A stretch of 64,000 nucleotides of DNA from an uncultured Clostridia bacterium (GTDB lineage Bacteria > Bacillota > Clostridia > Christensenellales > Borkfalkiaceae): assembly GCA_947626935.1 (NCBI GenBank), contig CANQUD010000001.1, positions 34,089-98,088 of the forward strand, read 5' to 3'. The translations under genes and the position numbers were made by a program. Under the pieces are notes generated by a model that searched no databases, was not told the origin of the DNA, and saw nothing but the letters and a program-made list of their open reading frames with translations. This document shows positions 57,274 to 64,000 of this stretch, in pieces. Position 1 is the first letter of the stretch, and the number at the start of each line of letters is the position of its first letter.

Positions 57274-59055
57274 TTACAATGCTTTTACGAGTTTGGCGTA
57301 TTCGCCGTTGAGGGCGAGAAGTTCCTCGTGCGTGCCTTGCTCCATGATCTTCCCGCCCTTCAAAAAGACGATCTTGTCGGCGTCGCGGATGGTCGACAGC
57401 CTGTGCGCGATGACAAAACTCGTCCTTCCCGCAAGCAACGTCTTCAGGCTTGCCTGTACTTCAAGCTCTGTCTGTGTGTCGACATGGCTCGTCGCCTCGT
57501 CGAGGACGATGACTTTGGGGTCTGCCAAGATGAGACGGGCGAAGGACAGGAGCTGACGCTCCCCGCCCGAAAGCGGATAGTCTTCCGAGATCGCCGTGTC
57601 GTACCCGTCGGGCAGGCGGGAGATGAAGTTCTCACAGCACGCCGCCCTCGCCGCTTCCTTGCACGCCTCGTCTGACGCGTCGGGACGGGAGAAGCGGATG
57701 TTGTCGAGCACGCTTCCGCTGAAAATATAAGTATCCTGCATCATCGCGCCCACTCCCTCGCGGAGAGAGTGGAGCGTGTATTTTTTTACATTCTTTCCGT
57801 CGAGAAGGACGGCTCCCTGCTGCACGTCGTAGAAGCGGGACAGGAGATTGACGACGGTGGTCTTGCCCGAACCCGTCGCCCCAACGAGCGCGACCGTCTC
57901 CCCCGCCTTCGCCTCGAGCGTGAAGTGCTTCAAAACGGGGATGCCCTCGATGTAGGAGAAGGTGACGTCATCGAACCTGACGTTTCCCTCGCATTGCTCC
58001 AAAACTTCCGCCCCCTCTTCGTCGCAGATCTCGACGGGCGTCTCAATGGTATCGTAGATGCGTTCGAGGTTGGAAGTCAGCGTAAAGACCGTCGTGAGGT
58101 TGGTGCAGATATTGCCGATCGAGGACGTCACTTCGGAGAGGACGGTGCCGATGGCGACGACGGTCCCGAGGACGAGATGACCGTTTCCGAGACCGATCGC
58201 AAGGGCGACGCCATAGACGATCAAAACGACGATGGCGTTCGTGAAGCCGTGCGCAAGCGGGAAAAATGCCTCGCGGACGTTGGTCGTGCGCATGAATGCG
58301 TGCTTGTATTCGCGGAAGAGTCCCGCGCCGATCTCGCAGTTGAGCGAGGCACGGTTATAGGCACGGACGACTTCCGCCCCGCCGATGTTCTCCGCGACGA
58401 ATGCCGTGTAGTTGGCGTTCTTGTTGTGATCGATGCCCGAGCGTCTGTGGATGAGGACGCTCAAGATGTACATGAGGATGCCGAGCGGAATGAGGGCAAG
58501 GACGACCGCCCCGCCGATGCGCACGTCGAGACAGAGGATCCAGACGACCCCGACGAGCAGAACGCCCGCGGCATAGACGATCGAGTAGAAGAGGTTGCCG
58601 AAGAGTTCTGCGATGTCGTCTATATAGTTGGTGACGCGGACGAGGATCTTGCCCGTGGAGTGAGTGTCGAAGAAGCGGAAAGAGAGTTCCATGACGTGGT
58701 CCATGATCTCCTTCCGAAGTTCCGTCGAGAAGAGCGTCCCGTACTTGACGGGAACGAGGTTCTCGAGGTGTCCGAATACGACAAAGCCGACCCATGCGAC
58801 GGCGAGTCCCCCGCATGCGAGGAGCGTGATGAGGAGATAGTTCTCCCCGAGGCTGCCGTCGGCGGGAAAGAGCGCGGAGATGATGACGGAGTACAGGATC
58901 CCCGGGAGCAGCGCAAAAAGCCCCAATGCGACTTCGATGAGAATGCTGCCGAAGAAGGCGCCCTTGTGCCGCAAAGCGCTCTTCAGGAGCTTCCCCATCA
59001 TGCGTGCCGAGAAGCGTTCCCGTATGTATTCGTCATTGTAATACAGATCGTTCAT
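57274..59055 (-). CDS. ABC exporter half-transporter (TMD-NBD), consensus-site partner
   Basis: Walker A GATGSGKTT, Walker B VIVLDEATS, deviant signature LSGGERQLLSFAR. Confidence 0.9.
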   Translation of the reverse strand: MNDLYYNDEYIRERFSARMMGKLLKSALRHKGAFFGSILIEVALGLFALLPGILYSVIISALFPADGSLGENYLLITLLACGGLAVAWVGFVVFGHLENLVPVKYGTLFSTELRKEIMDHVMELSFRFFDTHSTGKILVRVTNYIDDIAELFGNLFYSIVYAAGVLLVGVVWILCLDVRIGGAVVLALIPLGILMYILSVLIHRRSGIDHNKNANYTAFVAENIGGAEVVRAYNRASLNCEIGAGLFREYKHAFMRTTNVREAFFPLAHGFTNAIVVLIVYGVALAIGLGNGHLVLGTVVAIGTVLSEVTSSIGNICTNLTTVFTLTSNLERIYDTIETPVEICDEEGAEVLEQCEGNVRFDDVTFSYIEGIPVLKHFTLEAKAGETVALVGATGSGKTTVVNLLSRFYDVQQGAVLLDGKNVKKYTLHSLREGVGAMMQDTYIFSGSVLDNIRFSRPDASDEACKEAARAACCENFISRLPDGYDTAISEDYPLSGGERQLLSFARLILADPKVIVLDEATSHVDTQTELEVQASLKTLLAGRTSFVIAHRLSTIRDADKIVFLKGGKIMEQGTHEELLALNGEYAKLVKAL

Positions 59056-60860
59056 GCTTGCTCCGTAAAGTTCATTTCCTTTGCCTGACGGTTGTAGATC
59101 TCCGCGAAGTTGCCGCCGAGCGCCATCAATTCCTCAAAATTCCCCCGCTCCGTGATCTTTCCGTTCTCGAGAAAGAGAATTTCGTCGCAATCCTTGAGCG
59201 CCGTCGCGCGGTGCGTCACCAAAATCATGCTCTTTTCGGCGCATTCCCGCGAGAGATTCCGGAAAACGGCATGCTCCGTCTCGAGGTCGAGGGCGCTCGT
59301 CACGTCGTCGAACACAAAGACGGACGCGTTTTTGAAGAGCGCACGGGCGATGGAGATGCGCTGTTTCTGCCCGCCCGAGAGTCCGAATCCCTTCTCGCCG
59401 ATGGTCGTCTGATACCCGTCGGGGAAGCGGCAAGCAAATTCATCCACTTCGGCAAGGGACCCCGCACGTTTCACGCGGTCCTCGTCGGCGAAGGGATCGT
59501 AGAGGGCGATGTTGCTCGCGATCGTGTTCGAAAACAGGAACACATTCTGCATGGCGTAAGAGTAGGTGCGGAGCAGCGCGTCCCGCGAGTAGTCGTGGAT
59601 CGGAACTCCGTCGATGAAAATTTCCCCTTCGTCCGCCTCGGCAAGTCCCTGCAAGAGCTTGCAGAGAAGGGTCTTGCCGCTCCCTGTTTTCCCCATGATC
59701 CCGAGCTTCTTGCCGTAGGGAATTTCGAGGGAGACATCCTCGAGCGCGTAGTTCTCCCCGCTCTTGACGGAAAGATGTTCGACCTTGATCGCGGGACGGT
59801 CGGAGGGAGTTTTCTCCCCGTAGCGCTCTGCGATCTCGTCCTCGGCGTTGAGGAAGTCGAAGAGTCGCTTTCCGCTGACGAGGTCGCGCTGCGAGGCGTT
59901 CACGTTGAAGATAAAGTTCGTGAACTGCCACATGAGGCTTCCGAGATACCCCATCGCCGCCGTGAAATCGCCCGCCGTGATCCTGCCCGCGACGCCGAGC
60001 CAAATGACGAGCGCGAGCGTTCCCAAAAAGACGCACACCCGCGCGATCCTGATCATGAGGTCGCGGTAGGCAAAGATCTCGATCCCGCCGTACTGCGTCC
60101 GTTTCAGACGTTCGTTGTCGGCATCGAACAGTCCTTCCCGCTCGCGTTCCCTCGCAAAGGAAGCGACCGTCCGCACGCCGTAGATGTTCTCCTGCACCGT
60201 CGTCGACAACGTCGCGGAATCCCGCCAGACGCTCTCGTAGTACTCCTTGATGCGCTTCTTGTAGAGAAGAATGACGAAAATGCAGAACAAGCCCCCCGCA
60301 AGCGGGAGAAAGAGCAGCGTCCAATGGATGCGGGAAAGCAGGACCGCCGCGACGGCGAGGTAGAAGATGCAGTCGGCAAATCCCTGCGAGCGCTGGATGT
60401 AGAGGTCCCGCACGTTGAAGGGGTCTTTTGTCGTGATGAGGATGAGGTCGCCCGCCGTGTAGCGGGAAAGGAGCTGCCCGCTCGCGTTTCCGAGCTTTTT
60501 CAGGGCATCCGCACGCATCATTCCCTCACTTTTGAGGGAAAAGAAGTGTGCCAAATGCCATTTCAGATAGAAAAAGAGGAAAAAGAGCACGGCAAAGAGG
60601 AGAAGCGTCACGGCAAGGGTCCAAAAGATCTTTGTGTAGTTGTCGGCGGGAACATCCTCGATGAGGAAGTAGAAGATACTGCTCGTGTTCTTCTGTTCGC
60701 CCCCGAGGAGCGGCGTGATGACCCTGTCGACGAGGAGCGCGACGACCTGCGGGGTGATCAGCAAAATGACCACGCGAAAGAGCCCGAACAGCGTGGCAAG
60801 CACCTGTACGGGCATGGTTTTCTTAAAATAAGGAAAAGAATTTTTGAAAAACTCTCGCAT
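59052..60860 (-). CDS. ABC exporter half-transporter (TMD-NBD), degenerate-site partner
   Basis: Walker A GKTGSGKTL, signature LSGGQKQRISIAR, Walker B VFVFDDVTS (Asp in place of the catalytic Glu). 4-nt overlap with the downstream partner. Confidence 0.9.
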   Translation of the reverse strand: MREFFKNSFPYFKKTMPVQVLATLFGLFRVVILLITPQVVALLVDRVITPLLGGEQKNTSSIFYFLIEDVPADNYTKIFWTLAVTLLLFAVLFFLFFYLKWHLAHFFSLKSEGMMRADALKKLGNASGQLLSRYTAGDLILITTKDPFNVRDLYIQRSQGFADCIFYLAVAAVLLSRIHWTLLFLPLAGGLFCIFVILLYKKRIKEYYESVWRDSATLSTTVQENIYGVRTVASFAREREREGLFDADNERLKRTQYGGIEIFAYRDLMIRIARVCVFLGTLALVIWLGVAGRITAGDFTAAMGYLGSLMWQFTNFIFNVNASQRDLVSGKRLFDFLNAEDEIAERYGEKTPSDRPAIKVEHLSVKSGENYALEDVSLEIPYGKKLGIMGKTGSGKTLLCKLLQGLAEADEGEIFIDGVPIHDYSRDALLRTYSYAMQNVFLFSNTIASNIALYDPFADEDRVKRAGSLAEVDEFACRFPDGYQTTIGEKGFGLSGGQKQRISIARALFKNASVFVFDDVTSALDLETEHAVFRNLSRECAEKSMILVTHRATALKDCDEILFLENGKITERGNFEELMALGGNFAEIYNRQAKEMNFTEQA

Positions 60861-61406
60861 GGACTGATGATCAATATGATAACCCGCTCATTTCGAGGAG
60901 CGTAGAAGAGGAATGCGGACAAGCGGACGGAGAGATATTGTACTCCGTAGGTCTAATGGGATCCTTCGCATCCGCTCAGGATGAACACTACGCTCCTCGT
61001 GCCGCGCTTGGAGCAATCAGAATTCGCGCGGGGCGGAATGACGTATTAAAATGCGGAATCACGCAAATCCCCCCCCATTCGTCACGGCTTCGCCGTGCCA
61101 CCTTCCCCCCAGAGGGGGTCAGGTCTGGGCAGAGCCTACCCCTTCGGGGTGGAGATGGTGGGCATGAACCCCCTCCCGAGGAGGGGGATGTCGCATCGCG
61201 ACAGGGGGTGGGCAACGTGTTCTCAATCACTGCGCGTAGCAAAACCACGCTTTTGCGGAGCGCACCCCATTTGCCACACTACCGTAGGCTTAATGTCATT
61301 GCATATAACGTTTTCGGAGTGACCTAATTGATGAACAATGTTACATCGCTCGCGCGTATTTATTTTCGAAGAAAAGAAATCGCGCGAAATAATCGTTCGA
61401 AACTTT
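60861..61406. repeat. 546-nt intergenic region built from the same GC-rich modules and CCCC/GGGG hairpins
   Basis: CTCCGTAGGTCTAATGGGATCCTTCGCATCCGCTCAGGATGAAC, plus CCCCCCAGAGGGGG, CCCCTCCCGAGGAGGGG and CTACCCCTTCGGGGTGG hairpins. Confidence 0.7.
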
Positions 61407-62780
61407 TTAGTAGATACTCTTCACGCTTCTCGGGAAGAGGGTGACGTCGCGGATGTTCTCCATCCCCGTAACATACATCACGAAACGCTCGAAGCCGAGA
61501 CCGAATCCGCCGTGCGGCACGCTGCCGAAGAGTCGCAGATCGAGATATTGCCGATAAGAGTCCATATCCATGTGCCGCTCCTGCATCGCCGCGACGAGCT
61601 TGTCATAGTCCGCTTCCCTCTCGCTTCCGCCGATGATCTCGCCGATCCCGGGGACGAGGCAATCCGTCGCCGCGACCGTCTTTCCATCGGCGTTCTGCTT
61701 CATGTAGAAGGACTTGATCTCTTTGGGATAGTTCGTCACGAACACGGGGCGTTTGAACACCTGCTCGGTGAGATATTTTTCATGTTCGGACTGAAGGTCG
61801 CTCCCCCAATGGACGGGGAACTGGAATTTGTCGTTCTCCTTCTCGAGAATGGCGACGGCGTCCGTATAGGTACAGACGGCGAAATCGCTCGTTGCGACGT
61901 GCGTCAATTTGTCGATGAGTCCCTTTTCTACAAAGGAATCGAAAAATTTCAGCTCCTCGGGACACTCGGTGAGGACGGCGTTGATGAGGTATTTTAAGAG
62001 GCTCTCCGCGATCTCGATGACGTCGGGGAGTTCCGCAAAGGCGATCTCGGGTTCGACATGCCAGAACTCGGCAAGGTGGCGCTTTGTGTTGGAATTCTCC
62101 GCGCGGAAGGAAGGTCCGAAGGTGTAGATCTTGCCGAGCGCCGTCGCGGCGACTTCCCCTTCGAGCTGACCCGAGACGGAAAGCCCCGCCTTCACGCCGA
62201 AAAAGTCGTCCTTGAAGTACTCCTCTTCCGTCTTTGCCTTTGCGTTCCACGGCTGTGTGGTGACGCGGAACATTTCCCCCGCCCCCTCGCAGTCGCTCGC
62301 CGTGATGAGGGGAGTGTTGATGTAGTAATAGCCGTTGGCGTGGAAATATCTATGGATCGCCTGTGCGACCGCCGAGCGGACGCGGAACACGGCTTGGAAG
62401 GTGTTCGTGCGCAGTCTCAGGTGCGGGATCGTGCGGAGAAAGTCGAGCGTCGTGCGCTTCTTCTGGATGGGATACTCCGCGGGACATTTGCCGAGGAGCG
62501 CAATTTCCTTGGCGTTGAGTTCGTTCCCCTCTCCCTTGTATGCCTTGACGACTTCGCCCTTGACGCAGACGCTTGCGCCGAGCTTGCTACATTCTGGATC
62601 GAGTTTCAGGCTCCCCTTGTCGATGACGACTTGCAGTTTCCCGAAGGCGGTGCCGTCCGTGATCTCCAAAAAGGAGACGGCGGAAGAGTCGCGGAAGGTC
62701 CGCACCCAGCCGCACACGACGACGGTCTCGCCGAGGAGCGCCTGATCCTTTAAGACTTTGGAAATATCGAGATGTTTCAT
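61407..62780 (-). CDS. asnS: Asparaginyl-tRNA synthetase
   Basis: OB-fold N-terminus (VVVCGWVRTFR), class IIb motifs, C-terminal GFGLGFERFVMYVTG. Confidence 0.93.
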   Translation of the reverse strand: MKHLDISKVLKDQALLGETVVVCGWVRTFRDSSAVSFLEITDGTAFGKLQVVIDKGSLKLDPECSKLGASVCVKGEVVKAYKGEGNELNAKEIALLGKCPAEYPIQKKRTTLDFLRTIPHLRLRTNTFQAVFRVRSAVAQAIHRYFHANGYYYINTPLITASDCEGAGEMFRVTTQPWNAKAKTEEEYFKDDFFGVKAGLSVSGQLEGEVAATALGKIYTFGPSFRAENSNTKRHLAEFWHVEPEIAFAELPDVIEIAESLLKYLINAVLTECPEELKFFDSFVEKGLIDKLTHVATSDFAVCTYTDAVAILEKENDKFQFPVHWGSDLQSEHEKYLTEQVFKRPVFVTNYPKEIKSFYMKQNADGKTVAATDCLVPGIGEIIGGSEREADYDKLVAAMQERHMDMDSYRQYLDLRLFGSVPHGGFGLGFERFVMYVTGMENIRDVTLFPRSVKSIY

Positions 62781-62966
62781 GATAGACTCCTCACTGAAAG
62801 GAATTGAAAAATATAAATTACGGGTGACATGATTGGACGTGCGGGGCGTAGCCCGACGCTCATGCTCCGTAGGCTTGCCGGGATCCTTCGGTCGCTGCGC
62901 TCCCTCTGGATGAACGGAGTGCTCATGCTCCGTAGGTTTGCCGGGATCCTTCTTTTAATACGCTCT
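62781..62966. repeat. Tandem ~63-nt GC-rich repeat (1.5 copies) between asnS and proS
   Basis: GCTCATGCTCCGTAGGCTTGCCGGGATCCTTC at 62858-62889 recurs at 62921-62952 (31/32 identical). The intervening GGTCGCTGCGCTCCCTCTGGATGAACGG module is related to 57167-57189. Confidence 0.8.
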
Positions 62967-62978
62967 TTAATACGCTCT
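62955..62978 (-). repeat. 12-nt tandem duplication spanning the proS stop codon
   Basis: Plus strand reads TTAATACGCTCT TTAATACGCTCT. On the coding strand this gives AGAGCGTATTAA twice (R-A-Y-stop repeated). Confidence 0.85.
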
Positions 62979-64000
62979 TGCGAAAAAGACGGTGTGGACG
63001 GACGGCTTTCCGCAGACGACGCAAGTCTTTGCGGTGTTTTCCTCCGCCATGACGCGGGCGGTCGCCTGTGCGGTCTCCTTGACGGCATCCTCGCAGGCGC
63101 GGCAGCCGCACCAGCCCGCTCTCACGAAGTTTCCGCCGTTGACGCCGTCCAAAAGTTGTCCGAGCGTCTCCGCGGGGACGATCCTCTCCCGCATGCGCTT
63201 TTCGGCTCTCGCATAGAGGTTCTCCGAGACCGCGCGGAGCAGTTCCGTGACGGCGTTCTCCGCATCCGAAAGGGAAGAGACGTCCTTCTCGCAGGTGTCG
63301 CGGCGGAATACCGTCATGACGCCGCCCTCGATGTCGCGCGGACCGAGTTCGATCCGAAGGGGCACCCCCTTCATCTCCCACTCGTTGAACTTCCAACCGG
63401 GGGAGTTGTCGCTGTCGTCGAGCGTCACGCGGACGCCCGCCCTCTTCAGCCGCTCCAAAAGGGCGTTGCAGGCTTCGAGCACCCCCTCTTTCTTCTGTGC
63501 GATGGGGACGATGACTGCCTGCACGGGCGAAACGGGAGGCGGAAGGACAAGTCCCCTCTGGTCGCCGTGGGTCATGATGATCGCGCCGATGAGACGGGTG
63601 GAAACGCCGTAACTCATCGTGTAGCCGTATTTGAGCGTCCCGTCCTTATCGGTGAAGCGGACGTTGAATGCCTTTGCGAAGTTCTGCCCCATGTAGTGGG
63701 TCGTGCCCGACTGCAAACTCTTGCCGTCGTGCATCATGGCTTCCATGCCGTATGTTGCGACTGCCCCTGCGAACTTCTCCTTTTCCGTCTTTCTCCCCGT
63801 CAGCACGGGCATGCAGAGGACGTTCTTTGCAAATTCTTCATAGAGGCGGAGCATGTTGAGGGTCTCCGTCTCGGCTTCCTCGCCCGACGTGTAGACGGAG
63901 TGCCCTTCCTGCCAAAGGAATTCGCTCGTCCGAAGGAAGGGACGGGTGGTCTTTTCCCAGCGCATGACGTTGCACCACTGGTTCATGCGGAGAGGGAGAT
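62967..64000 (-). CDS. proS: Prolyl-tRNA synthetase (archaeal/eukaryote-like type, C-terminal Zn domain); the N-terminus is outside the window
   Basis: RPFLRTSEFLWQEGH, class II motif 3, C-terminal CxxC...CxxC ending in ...FFARAY. Confidence 0.9.
   Translation of the reverse strand, partial: LPLRMNQWCNVMRWEKTTRPFLRTSEFLWQEGHSVYTSGEEAETETLNMLRLYEEFAKNVLCMPVLTGRKTEKEKFAGAVATYGMEAMMHDGKSLQSGTTHYMGQNFAKAFNVRFTDKDGTLKYGYTMSYGVSTRLIGAIIMTHGDQRGLVLPPPVSPVQAVIVPIAQKKEGVLEACNALLERLKRAGVRVTLDDSDNSPGWKFNEWEMKGVPLRIELGPRDIEGGVMTVFRRDTCEKDVSSLSDAENAVTELLRAVSENLYARAEKRMRERIVPAETLGQLLDGVNGGNFVRAGWCGCRACEDAVKETAQATARVMAEENTAKTCVVCGKPSVHTVFFARAY

Noticed and set aside
60938-61327. 129-aa ORF, plus ORFs 62777-63088 and 57181-57675
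   Set aside because: They are translations of the GC-rich repeat arrays (recurring RRIPA.LRSMS and PPEG-type peptides). They use TTG or weak starts and have no SD.

Overview
High-GC (about 60% in the lines I counted) Firmicutes/Clostridia-type chromosome segment. It probably comes from a spore-former, given the CwlD-like amidase and the YtxC-like gene upstream of thrS. About 60 genes are present, most on the minus strand and many joined by ATGA/TGATG stop-start overlaps. Housekeeping content, in window order: PBP (partial), thiI, cysteine desulfurase, carAB, acyl-ACP thioesterase, cwlD, nfnAB, degV, mscL, malQ, dapL, pyrG, dapF, purA, yebC, a TrmH-family methylase, rplT-rpmI-infC with a leader attenuator, thrS with a T-box leader, leuS, hom, coaX, an ECF S-component, a nine-gene V-type ATPase operon with a Na+-binding signature in subunit K, clpB, yigZ, tyrS, a WYL regulator, a heterodimeric ABC exporter, asnS and proS (partial). 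I saw no rRNA, tRNA, CRISPR array, transposase or integrase. Five things deserve a second look. (1) CarB carries a C-terminal DapF-like domain in which both catalytic cysteines are replaced, while an intact dapF sits 17 kb away. (2) A 2.3-kb AT-rich islet sits in the leuS terminator, bracketed by a 15-nt direct repeat. It holds an RHH/WYL-like regulator divergent from a basic DUF4258-like toxin candidate and an overlapping acidic partner, with an inverted-repeat operator between two consensus promoters. (3) A quasi-palindromic element (CATAGTACTATGTCAGACATA) recurs at five loci, once inside a coding region. (4) A GC-rich hairpin repeat family fills four intergenic gaps, one of them inside the V-ATPase operon. 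(5) Several possible pseudo-enzymes and unusual fusions occur. All functional calls rest on motifs read by eye and on remembered family signatures; no searches were run. Coordinates of non-CDS features may be off by 1-2 nt.
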